Shown: piece by piece, positions 47,312-56,358 of the stretch | Layout of the letters: each line of letters starts with the position of its first letter | Position numbering within the stretch: the first letter of the stretch is position 1 | NCBI GenBank assembly: GCA_964543035.1 | Contig: CAZIVL010000001.1 | Coordinates: forward strand, 236,159-300,158 | Length of the DNA stretch: 64,000 bases | Source of the DNA: an uncultured Gammaproteobacteria bacterium | GTDB lineage: Bacteria; Patescibacteriota; Microgenomatia; CAZETR01; Amesbacteraceae | Reading direction: 5' to 3' | Made by a program: the position numbers and the translations under genes | Notes under the pieces: generated by a model | Seen by the model: the letters and a program-made list of their open reading frames with translations, nothing else | What the model was told of the DNA's origin: nothing | Database searches by the model: none

Positions 47312-48417
47312 ATATTTTGATCTTAAGCTGGAGAGGACCTGGGCATCCTTTATCAGGTGGTGCGGAGCAGGTGATATGGAAGTATGCCAATCACTGGAAA
47401 AAAAATGGGCACGACATCACCCTCGTGACCTCAAGTTATACAGGAGCAATTCCAAATGAAGTTTTGTCCGGAATCTCGATAATTCGAAAAGCCGATCAAT
47501 ATTTTGGGGTAAAAATATGGACATTCTTTTGGTATTTATTTTTTCCTCACCCCAAGTTTGATCTAGTTATAGATGAATTTCATGGAATCCCGTTTTTTAC
47601 ACCTCTTTATGTTCGTACAAAGAAGCTTGGGCTGATTCACGAATTAGCCAGAGATGTTTGGGCATTAAATCCCTTGCCAAAACCTTTCAATCTTATTCCA
47701 GCAATAATTGGAAAATACACAGAGCCATGGATATTTAAGCTTTTGTACATAAAAACACCGTTTTTGACAGTTTCAGTATCTACTCAGTCTGACTTGAAGA
47801 GTCTGGGTGTTCAAGACGTGACCGTAATAAACAACGGAGTAACTGTACCAAGTACAATAAAACACTATCCAAAAGAAAAAGAATTCACATTAATATTTTT
47901 ATCGGCGTTGGCAGAAGACAAAGGAGTGGAGGATGCGATTCGAGCCTTTATGATTGTAAAAAATAACATTCCAAACACAAAGTTATGGATAGTGGGCAAT
48001 GGCTCTAAATCTTATATAGAAAAACTAAAATCAATTTCAACAAATCCTATATACTTCGGATATGTAACGGATGAGAAAAAATTTGAGTTGTTGTCACGCT
48101 CGCATGTGCTCATTTTTCCCTCAGTACACGAGGGTTGGGGACTCGTGACCGTGGAGGCGGGGCATGTTGGAGTGCCGACTGTGGCATATAATGTGGCAGG
48201 TGTTCGTGACTCAGTCAGACATGGGAATACAGGGCTGTTAGTAAAAAGATACGATATCCAGGGGCTTGCCACCGCATGTCAAAAACTGGCAAAAGACAAA
48301 AAGTTATACTCAAAACTATCCCAGGGCTCAAAAAAATGGTCAAACAACTTTTCATGGACCAAATCAACTTCTCAAAGTCTAAAGTTTATTACCAAGTTAG
48401 TGTATGAGACAAACTAA
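47308..48417 (+). CDS. GT4 glycosyltransferase
   Basis: HPLSGGAE, KG, PSVHEGWGLVTVEA, G.RDSV..G.TGLL, FSW. Confidence 0.92.
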   Translation: MNILILSWRGPGHPLSGGAEQVIWKYANHWKKNGHDITLVTSSYTGAIPNEVLSGISIIRKADQYFGVKIWTFFWYLFFPHPKFDLVIDEFHGIPFFTPLYVRTKKLGLIHELARDVWALNPLPKPFNLIPAIIGKYTEPWIFKLLYIKTPFLTVSVSTQSDLKSLGVQDVTVINNGVTVPSTIKHYPKEKEFTLIFLSALAEDKGVEDAIRAFMIVKNNIPNTKLWIVGNGSKSYIEKLKSISTNPIYFGYVTDEKKFELLSRSHVLIFPSVHEGWGLVTVEAGHVGVPTVAYNVAGVRDSVRHGNTGLLVKRYDIQGLATACQKLAKDKKLYSKLSQGSKKWSNNFSWTKSTSQSLKFITKLVYETN

Positions 48418-49174
48418 AGCAGATAAAGTAATCATTGTGACAGGGGCTGGATCAGGACTTGGGCAGTCTGTAGCAAATAAGTTAATCAGCATGGGCTATT
48501 TAGTCTATGGGACTTACCATACACGAAAACCAGTTGAGCCCAAATTTATTCCAATAAAATTAGATATTACAAACTTTTCACATTGCGAAAAAGTAATTAA
48601 TCTAATTATCAAAAAACATCATCATGTGGATGTCCTGATCAATTGCGCAGCTCTTACTCTAACAGGTCCGACTCTGTCATTTTCATACATTGATTTTGAA
48701 AACTCTTTGCGCACAAATATTCTCGGTCCGTTTAGTTTAATAAAGATTAGCAGACCCAGACTGGTGATCAATGTCACATCCCTAAACGGGTTTTTGTCGC
48801 TGCCAAACTTCGGGGTATACAGTGCTTCAAAGCATGGCCTACAAGCACTTGGCATGGCTCTGCGTTACGAGCTTTATGGATCGACTCAGATGGTAAACGT
48901 AGCCCCTGGGGCATTTGCAGGCATGAGTCCGTTAAGTACAAAACGTCCTCTATCTCATACACCAGCAAGAAAAAAATTTCCTATTCTCAACTTTCTCCTC
49001 CCCATCACGTCCCATGAAGCTGTCGTAAACAAGATTTGCTCTCTGGTAGGTACAAAACACGTTCCCTCCCAGGTCTTGATAGGTCCAGATGCCCATATTA
49101 CATACTGGGTTCAAAAGCTTCTTCCTCAGTCTATCTTCGATAAATTAATGCTATTAATATGGAGCAAAAAATGA
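48404..49174 (+). CDS. Short-chain dehydrogenase/reductase (classical SDR)
   Basis: TGAGSGLG, DVLINCA, S...YSASK, VAPG. Confidence 0.92.
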   Translation: MRQTKADKVIIVTGAGSGLGQSVANKLISMGYLVYGTYHTRKPVEPKFIPIKLDITNFSHCEKVINLIIKKHHHVDVLINCAALTLTGPTLSFSYIDFENSLRTNILGPFSLIKISRPRLVINVTSLNGFLSLPNFGVYSASKHGLQALGMALRYELYGSTQMVNVAPGAFAGMSPLSTKRPLSHTPARKKFPILNFLLPITSHEAVVNKICSLVGTKHVPSQVLIGPDAHITYWVQKLLPQSIFDKLMLLIWSKK

Positions 49175-50187
49175 AATACCTTCCTTCTATATCAATAGTG
49201 ATTGCAACCTACGATGGGTGCGCAAAGACCTTAGAAAAGTGCCTAAAAATAATCAGATCACAGAATTATCCCCAAAAAAGTATTGAGATTATCTTGGGAG
49301 ACGGGGGACCCAGGTATCAGTCAGCAAAAATTGGTCAAAATTACAAAGTAAAATCTATTAAAATTCCCCATAAAATCCAAAATGCAGAATTTAACCGCGG
49401 CTCAGCCCTAGCTGCAGCCAAAAATGAATTAGTCTTGATCCTCGACCACGACAATTTCTTTCCTAATAAAAATTGGATACAAGACGCTGTCGCTCCATTT
49501 GAAACGTATCCTAGGCTAGTTGCTGCTCAGTCGTATAAATATTACTACGATCGAAGCCTCTCGCTACTAGACAGGTATTTTGCCTTATTTGGTGCCAGCG
49601 AACCACTACCGGTTTATCTAAAAAAATCAGACAAGCTTCAGCAGCATATCACCAGCTGGAATTTGGGGGGCAGCATAGTGTTTGAGAACGACAGATACTA
49701 CATTATAAGTTTTCCAAATAATCCGAGGAAGTTTTTAACAATTGGTTCAAATGGTTGTCTAATTCGTAAGAATTTGTTACTAAAGTATGCGGATATTAGG
49801 CCAGATCATCACTACCCGATAGATGTGATAGTTGACATTGTATCTCACGGATACGACCAGTTTGCCTTTATAAAAAATGCAATTATTCATCAGACAGGGT
49901 ACTCAGGTTTTTGGTCATTTTTAAAACGCAGATACAAGTTTGTTGTCGATTATCACTTCAAACAACATTCCAATCGCAGATATAGTGTTGTAATGCCAGG
50001 AGACGAAATAAACGTCATCAGATTTGCAATATACAGTATGACTTTAATAGGCCCTGTATTTCATTCTCTGGTTGGATTTTGGCATATTCATGATGTAGCC
50101 TGGTTTTTACATGTACCAATGTGTATTTTTACGACAATTATTTATGCGATACCTACAGTAAAAAGTTGGCTCAAACTGAAGTCTTAA
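49171..50187 (+). CDS. GT2 glycosyltransferase with C-terminal hydrophobic segment
   Basis: SIVIATY, QNYP...EIILGDGG, ILDHDN, GSNG. Confidence 0.85.
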   Translation: MKYLPSISIVIATYDGCAKTLEKCLKIIRSQNYPQKSIEIILGDGGPRYQSAKIGQNYKVKSIKIPHKIQNAEFNRGSALAAAKNELVLILDHDNFFPNKNWIQDAVAPFETYPRLVAAQSYKYYYDRSLSLLDRYFALFGASEPLPVYLKKSDKLQQHITSWNLGGSIVFENDRYYIISFPNNPRKFLTIGSNGCLIRKNLLLKYADIRPDHHYPIDVIVDIVSHGYDQFAFIKNAIIHQTGYSGFWSFLKRRYKFVVDYHFKQHSNRRYSVVMPGDEINVIRFAIYSMTLIGPVFHSLVGFWHIHDVAWFLHVPMCIFTTIIYAIPTVKSWLKLKS

Positions 50188-51272
50188 TTACTTGTATATC
50201 CTTTGCCCCTAACATAGGTGGACTAGAAACCCATCTACTGGACCTAACGTCGGGACTAGTAGAAAAGAACTACAAGTGTCATGTATTGACATACATGCCA
50301 ATCACAACCAAAGTCAAAGCAGCTATTTTTGAAAAGCATCCAGGGCTGACCATCTACAGGATACCTTGGATCGGCGGGTTGTTTTACAAACTTACTCATC
50401 TGGCATTTCTTGAATTTATCTACCTTTCTCCAGGGCTCTTTTTTGCTTTGCCGATTCTTCTGATGGGGCCAGCCAGAAATATAAATACAATTCACTCACA
50501 TGGGTTAATAGCAGGCTTTGTATCTGTTTTTTGGGGAAAAGTATTTAGAAAAAGAGTGTTAACGACCACGCATAGTATGTACAATTTTCCCCAAAAAGGT
50601 CTTTATAGACAGTTTGCTTCTTTAATATTCAGGATAAGTGATCACACACTGTGTCTCTCAAAAAAATCATACCAGGAGATTACTTCCTTGGGAGTTACAA
50701 AAAATAGAGCGTCGGTATTCACTTACTGGATAGACCTTAACAAGTTCTCACCCGTTTCTAATGCCAAAGGAAAATTAAAAATAAAGTTTAACTTCGCAGT
50801 TCTTTTTGTAGGCAGACTGGTAGAGGAAAAAGGGATAAAAGAGTTACTAGAGGCCTCAAAATTATGGTCAGCAAAAATTAAGTTGTTAATTGCAGGCACT
50901 GGACCCATGGAAGCCAGTATTCCTAAGTCCAGTTATCTTGGCCCAATAAGAAACGATTTACTTCCTGCATATTTCAGCGCAGCAGACATAACTATTGTGC
51001 CTTCTACTCACGATGAAGGATTCGGAAGGGTAATTTTAGAGTCGCTAGCCTGCGGTACCCCTGTAATCGCAGCCAACAGGGGTGCGATCCCAGAAGCGTT
51101 AAACGAGTCTGTTGGAAAATTGATCAATATTTCACCAAAAAATATTGCAAGTACGATAAACTACTTCTTTACACACCGTTCGGAACTTGCTAAATTAGCG
51201 CGAAAGTGTCGCCCATTTGCAATTTCGCGATATAGCTCAACAAATTTATTTTCTATCACAAAGTTTTATTAA
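50166..51272 (+). CDS. GT4 glycosyltransferase
   Basis: PNIGGLETH, IHSH, VGRLVEEKG, EGFGRVILESLACG. Start uncertain (TTG 50166 or GTG 50121). Confidence 0.88.
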   Translation: MAQTEVLITCISFAPNIGGLETHLLDLTSGLVEKNYKCHVLTYMPITTKVKAAIFEKHPGLTIYRIPWIGGLFYKLTHLAFLEFIYLSPGLFFALPILLMGPARNINTIHSHGLIAGFVSVFWGKVFRKRVLTTTHSMYNFPQKGLYRQFASLIFRISDHTLCLSKKSYQEITSLGVTKNRASVFTYWIDLNKFSPVSNAKGKLKIKFNFAVLFVGRLVEEKGIKELLEASKLWSAKIKLLIAGTGPMEASIPKSSYLGPIRNDLLPAYFSAADITIVPSTHDEGFGRVILESLACGTPVIAANRGAIPEALNESVGKLINISPKNIASTINYFFTHRSELAKLARKCRPFAISRYSSTNLFSITKFY

Positions 51273-52112
51273 ATGACAGATCGTCAAAATCAAAAATTAG
51301 AGCAACTTCTTGCCAACACCGGGGACATCGCTCTAAAAAGAAGAGCTCGAAGGATAATTCAAGAAATTGACCCAAAGCCAGGAGACAAGATTCTTGATGT
51401 TGGATGTGGCGATGGATATTATTTGTATTTGTTGTCAAATTTGGGTGTGCGTCTTTCCTTGGTAGGTACGGATTTGGATTCGGCAGGGATGGCCAGTGGT
51501 AAGAAAAATCTTAAAGGAAAACGTATTCGCTTTATTGAAGCAGATCTTATGAAGCCACTTCCATTCAAAAAGAATTACTTTGACAAAGTTGTCATGTCTG
51601 AAGTAGCAGAACACTTGCCCAACGACCTTACCGGTCTGAAAAATGTTCAAAAGAGTCTAAAACCTGGTGGAGTTCTCTGTCTTTCCGTGCCAAACAAAAA
51701 TTATCCCTTGCTCTGGGACCCGGTCAATTGGTTTCTAGAAAGAATTACCGGAAGACACATTGTTTCTGGTTTTTGGGCTGGTCTTTGGAATCAGCATTTA
51801 CGGTTATACACACCCATTCAAATAAGTGATGTTGTCAGGCGAGCAGGTTTTAAAATTTCTTGTCTTGAAAGTCTTACTTTTTGGTCTTTGCCCTTCAATC
51901 ACAATCTCATAAACTTTGGGGCCAGAAGGTTACATGGAGGAGCTCTGTCAAAAGCAGATTCAGACGCCATAAATAAGTTTAAACCCGCAAAAAGCAGGCC
52001 GTGGTACATAGAATTATTTTTTAGGGTATCTCAAGCAATAGACAGCCTGAATGATATTTGGACACCTAGCCCAGATTGGGGTGTGGGTGTATTTATCAAG
52101 GCAATAAAATGA
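51273..52112 (+). CDS. Class I SAM-dependent methyltransferase
   Basis: ILDVGCGDG, LPF....FD, EV.EH, LKPGG...SVPN, HLRLY. Confidence 0.92.
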   Translation: MTDRQNQKLEQLLANTGDIALKRRARRIIQEIDPKPGDKILDVGCGDGYYLYLLSNLGVRLSLVGTDLDSAGMASGKKNLKGKRIRFIEADLMKPLPFKKNYFDKVVMSEVAEHLPNDLTGLKNVQKSLKPGGVLCLSVPNKNYPLLWDPVNWFLERITGRHIVSGFWAGLWNQHLRLYTPIQISDVVRRAGFKISCLESLTFWSLPFNHNLINFGARRLHGGALSKADSDAINKFKPAKSRPWYIELFFRVSQAIDSLNDIWTPSPDWGVGVFIKAIK

Positions 52113-52833
52113 TAAGAACATCATTATCAGTAATTCTTCCCGCCTACAATGAAGAGGAAAACATCTCGTTCATAATTAAAAACGTCGAGGAATATCTAAA
52201 AAAAAAATTAAGGATTTTGAAATAATTGTTGTTGATGACGGCAGCACGGACAATACATCTGTCAAAGTAAAAAAACTTATATCTAGTAGATCGTATCTTC
52301 GTCTGATTAGCTATACTCCAAATAAGGGCTATGGTCATGCACTGCGAACAGGTTTTTTAAGTGCAAGAAAATCATTAGTGTTCTACACAGATTCTGATAG
52401 TCAATTTGATATTTCTGATTTAGACATTGTCCTGCCGATGGCCAATTATTACGATATTGTGGCCGGATACAGGCTAAATCGACAAGATCCATTGATGCGG
52501 ATATTTATAGCATTCGTCTACAATCGTTTAATAAAATTAACATTAGGCTTGTCTATCAGAGACGTCGATTGTTCTTTTAAAATATATAATCGAAAAGTAT
52601 TTGAGTCAATTACAATGACCTCTGATACTGGTCTAATAGATGCGGAGGTTTTAATCAAAGCGAAAAAAAAAGGGTTTTCTATAACGCAAGTAGGAGTGCG
52701 TCATTTTCCGAGAGTAAGGGGAAAAACAATGTACGAAGTAGGACAAAGAAATCACTTTTTTGCATTTGTCCGTCCTCAAGTTATTATTGATTTACTTTAC
52801 GAAATATTTAAGCTAAAAAAGGAAGTTTTATGA
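52109..52833 (+). pseudogene. DPM1-like GT2 split by a frameshift in an A10 tract (52198-52207)
   Basis: ATG 52109 gives MIRTSLSVILPAYNEEEN...YLKKK. The -1 frame continues IKDFEIIVVDDGSTD...NKGYGHALRTG...FYTDSD...DVDCSFK. One extra A restores a full gene. Confidence 0.85.
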
Positions 52834-53804
52834 AAAAGTTTTCCTTAGTTTCAATTATTGTTCCTCTTTACGTAATAGAGAAAAGATTTTTTATTGATTT
52901 GCATCGATTTGCCAGTCTTGATTATCCAAATTTTGAAATACTAATAGTTACTGACAAAAAAGTAGTGTTTCCAAAAATTAAAAAACTTAATATACGTCTA
53001 ATTATCACTGGACACACAAAAACAGGTCCTGCAGAAAAAAGAGATATAGCAATTGCAAAGGCCAGAGGAGAAATCTGTGCATTTATTGATGACGATGCTT
53101 ACCCAAGACCCGATTGGCTGTCGAGAGCAATGCTTATTATGAACAAATATAAAGTGTCTGCAGTCTGTGGGCCTGGTGTTACTCCTCCAGAAGATGATTA
53201 TTGGAGGCAAATGACAGGAATCGTATATAGTTCATTTTTCTGTGGGGGCCATGCTCAATACAGATTTGTACAACAATCCGCTCGGTATGTGTATGATTAT
53301 CCTGCCTATAATTTGTTGGTTAGAACGAAAGCGCTAAAATCAGTAGGAGGATATGGAAATCATTTTTACGGGGGTGAAGACACATTTTTGTGTCTTAAGC
53401 TAATTCGTCTTGGTCACCAGATTCGTTACGATCCATCAATTGTAGTATTTCATCACAGAAGACCTTTATACATAAGTTATCTAAAGCAAATTGCAAATAT
53501 TGGTTTACATAGAGGATACTTTGCCAGAGTCTTTAAGAAGACTTCGGCCTATCCTGGGTATTTTCTTCCATCCGTTCTTTTTTTAGGTCTTAGCGCTCTA
53601 ATAATTACCTCTTTTTTTATTGAAATGTCACGAATCACACTTGCAATTTTATTTCCTACAATGTTGCTACTTGCCATGATAAGCGTGATAAAAAAGACCT
53701 CTATTTTAAACTCGTTTATTGTGGCCTGGGGAATTATATTTACTCACGTTGCCTATGGGGCAAGTTTTATTAGAGGCTACCTTACTTCAAAACTAATCCA
53801 CTAG
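52830..53804 (+). CDS. GT2 glycosyltransferase with C-terminal TM helices
   Basis: SIIVP, GPAEKRD, AFIDDDAYP..DWL, NL.VR...VGGY, GED, VFHHRR. Confidence 0.9.
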   Translation: MKKFSLVSIIVPLYVIEKRFFIDLHRFASLDYPNFEILIVTDKKVVFPKIKKLNIRLIITGHTKTGPAEKRDIAIAKARGEICAFIDDDAYPRPDWLSRAMLIMNKYKVSAVCGPGVTPPEDDYWRQMTGIVYSSFFCGGHAQYRFVQQSARYVYDYPAYNLLVRTKALKSVGGYGNHFYGGEDTFLCLKLIRLGHQIRYDPSIVVFHHRRPLYISYLKQIANIGLHRGYFARVFKKTSAYPGYFLPSVLFLGLSALIITSFFIEMSRITLAILFPTMLLLAMISVIKKTSILNSFIVAWGIIFTHVAYGASFIRGYLTSKLIH

Positions 53805-54832
53805 ATACTCAGCATTTTCCTAATCATTCTTATGCCTGTTGGATTTGTCATAGACTTGATTACCAGCAAATCAGTAAGCACAAGAGCAGTTATTGGTTCC
53901 CACAAATAAGCACTATCGCGATGTCTTACAGACAGATAAATTGATTTAATCAATTCTGGAACAAATAAATTGGCGTATATTATCCAATACACAATTTTTA
54001 ACAAATCCTGACTATTGTCAGTCCTAAACCACACAAACCGTTTGCGTTCCAAAGTAGAAAAGAAATTTCCTTCAAGGTTTCTAAGTCTCTTTTTTATAAA
54101 ATGAACAAAGTTAGACGCGTGATAATGCCTAATTTTGGCATCAGGCACAAATGCGTAAAATTGGTGTCCTTCTTCAACCATTATTTGCAATGAGTCAAGG
54201 TCATAAAAAGCAACGTCGTTCTTAATACTAGTGCTTAAAAGAAGTTTTCTTCTGTACATAATACGTCCTGAAGGAGGGACCTTGTGAGGTTCAAAACGAC
54301 ATAAAAAATAAGTCTCTTTGTCATCTACAATAGTTTCTTCAATGTCAGTCGAAAAAAATTTTAATACAGGGTCTCGTTGGGTATTGTCATATGATAGATA
54401 TCTCAAAAATGAGCTACTTTCCTTGGGCAGTCCATCTATTGCATACTCTCTTGTCAGAGAGCCAGTTATTGTGGGGTTCTGAACCAGGGGAGCAACAAGT
54501 TTCTTTAAAAAATCTTTATCGCATATTTCCATATCGGCGTCCATCCAATACACAAGGTCACCTTTGGCCATATGTAACCCAAGCCCTTTGTTGTATTCGG
54601 TTCGATAATACACTGGATGAGTTATTTTGCTTCTATCGATTGTTATCACCTTAGCGCCAAACTCTCGCAATAGTTGAGGAGAGTTATCAGTAGATTCGTC
54701 ATCTACAGCAATGTATTCAATCTTTTTTTTTGGATACGATTGTGCGGTAAGCGATGGCAATAATCTTGATAAATTAGTCGACTCGTTAAAAACAAAAAAG
54801 AGTATGGAAATGGTGGGGTATTGGACGGTCAC
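53801..54832 (-). CDS. GT2 glycosyltransferase
   Basis: FNE, QSYP...EYIAVDDESTD, WMDAD; related to 49171. Confidence 0.85.
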   Translation of the reverse strand: MTVQYPTISILFFVFNESTNLSRLLPSLTAQSYPKKKIEYIAVDDESTDNSPQLLREFGAKVITIDRSKITHPVYYRTEYNKGLGLHMAKGDLVYWMDADMEICDKDFLKKLVAPLVQNPTITGSLTREYAIDGLPKESSSFLRYLSYDNTQRDPVLKFFSTDIEETIVDDKETYFLCRFEPHKVPPSGRIMYRRKLLLSTSIKNDVAFYDLDSLQIMVEEGHQFYAFVPDAKIRHYHASNFVHFIKKRLRNLEGNFFSTLERKRFVWFRTDNSQDLLKIVYWIIYANLFVPELIKSIYLSVRHRDSAYLWEPITALVLTDLLVIKSMTNPTGIRMIRKMLSI

Positions 54833-55620
54833 AGAAACTTTCTTATCAAAGTGCGAATTTTTTGAGATACCTTTGAAGTAATTAAAGGATACAATATTTT
54901 ATTTCTCAGTTCTCCTGGTCTAGCTTTAAACAAAGTGTTGTGAAACTCTTCGTCTTCTCCGGGAGCTGGTGCGTTGCTGTAATAATAAGCCGCCAACGAT
55001 TTACGAGTTACCCCATCGGGAAGGTCCATTTTTGCATAGCCATGATGACTATATTTGTCTGTCGCAAAGATCAGACATCTATTAAAAATCGGTGCAACAC
55101 TTTTTTCACACTTTGTCATGTCTTTGTCCCACATTTCCAAATTTCCTCCATATTTACTTTTCCAATTTTTGTTTAGATAGATCAAAATATTTAATCGGCG
55201 ATACTTTCCTGTCACTGGGTGTTTGTTAAAATCCGCGTGTATATCCAAAAAACTTCCTGACGAACCTTGGTGAAGGCCGCCACCCGCCAGATCCTGATCA
55301 GGTAGGACAGGATCAATGCCAGAAATACTAGCCACAATTTTTCGAAATTCTGGACTCATAAGCTCACGAAATACTTGCCTAAATATTGGAGACATTTTTG
55401 TAGTGTCTGAAAGTTGATTTTTTTTCTCTGCCACCCCGCTAAAAGCACTGCTCATCTGCATTTGGGCCACCGTAGGAAACTCCAAATACATTTTTTCTGA
55501 GGCTCTTTTTTTAAAAAAATTCTCAATTACTAAATGAGGGTAGGGTTTAGCATTTTTAAATGACTTTGAATATTTACTTAAGTTAGCTTTGATATTTTTT
55601 AGATTTATTGCACTTTCCAT
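54829..55620 (-). CDS. 2OG-Fe(II) oxygenase
   Basis: PYPHLVIENF, GGGLH, LDIHADFN, RRLN...YLN, GG.LE.W, FNR, HG, RKS; start placed at MESAIN. Confidence 0.9.
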   Translation of the reverse strand: MESAINLKNIKANLSKYSKSFKNAKPYPHLVIENFFKKRASEKMYLEFPTVAQMQMSSAFSGVAEKKNQLSDTTKMSPIFRQVFRELMSPEFRKIVASISGIDPVLPDQDLAGGGLHQGSSGSFLDIHADFNKHPVTGKYRRLNILIYLNKNWKSKYGGNLEMWDKDMTKCEKSVAPIFNRCLIFATDKYSHHGYAKMDLPDGVTRKSLAAYYYSNAPAPGEDEEFHNTLFKARPGELRNKILYPLITSKVSQKIRTLIRKFL

Positions 55621-55627
55621 TTGAAAA

Positions 55628-55633
55628 ATTATA
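55628..55633 (-). promoter_or_regulatory. Putative -10 box (leaderless)
   Basis: Minus strand TATAAT, 7 nt before ATG 55620. Confidence 0.5.
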
Positions 55634-56320
55634 CTACGATTCGTTTTTTTGGGCCATAACATGAATTTGAATCCAACCTTTGCCCCTGTGCTCACTTTCT
55701 ACTTTGTCTTTTAAAAATAAAATTTCGCCTCTTTGGCCCAAAAAATGTTTTCGTATCAAGCTCAATATGTCTGCTACAAATGTCCAGATACCTCCAGAAT
55801 ATACTATGTCTTTTATTTCAAAACCTGATTTGACAAGAAAGTCTCTAATTTTTGCTTCAGAGTAATGTCTGTGACCTAAAAACCACCACGCTGGGTCTCC
55901 CAAGACACACAACAAGTTGTCGGTAACTGTAGATAAGCAAAAAATTCCCTTAGGAGATAGTACTCTCCATACCTCTTTCAGCGCCAAAAGCTCACTATTT
56001 TTTGGCAAGTGCTCAATCACATCCCACATAGTTACTACTTGAAATTTATGGTTATCAAACGGCAAACTTAAAGCAGATCCTACGACGAAATTTCCAATTT
56101 TTCGTGTCTTGGCATACTTTACAGCCTGTTCATTTGGATCAATTCCCCATACCTGTTTTGCGCCCTTGCTTATACAAGATAGCCACTGGCCTGTCCAACA
56201 CCCAATGTCTAGTACAGTTTTTCCTTTGACAATTTTTTGTGTAATTCTCGCTTCAAAACGGTGATGCAAGGACGGTAAGACATCATACAAAAAATTTACC
56301 CGCCTATCTTCCCTAATCAT
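55634..56320 (-). CDS. Class I SAM-dependent methyltransferase
   Basis: VLDIGCWTG, GID, LPF, DVIEH, RVL.P.G, HRHY. Confidence 0.92.
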   Translation of the reverse strand: MIREDRRVNFLYDVLPSLHHRFEARITQKIVKGKTVLDIGCWTGQWLSCISKGAKQVWGIDPNEQAVKYAKTRKIGNFVVGSALSLPFDNHKFQVVTMWDVIEHLPKNSELLALKEVWRVLSPKGIFCLSTVTDNLLCVLGDPAWWFLGHRHYSEAKIRDFLVKSGFEIKDIVYSGGIWTFVADILSLIRKHFLGQRGEILFLKDKVESEHRGKGWIQIHVMAQKNES

Positions 56321-56330
56321 AGCTCGCGCT

Positions 56331-56340
56331 AGTATATAAT
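56331..56340. promoter_or_regulatory. Overlapping divergent -10 boxes
   Basis: agtatataat reads TATAAT on + (56335-56340) and TATACT on - (56331-56336), between divergent genes. Confidence 0.45.
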
Positions 56341-56358
56341 TAAATATTGCCAGTCACA

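Noticed and set aside
52378-52833. Stand-alone 151-aa GT2 as listed in the ORF track
   Set aside because: It is the 3' part of the frameshifted gene starting at 52109
55506-55519. T7A7 palindrome as a possible terminator or element
   Set aside because: Inside the oxygenase CDS (FFKK codons) with no GC stem
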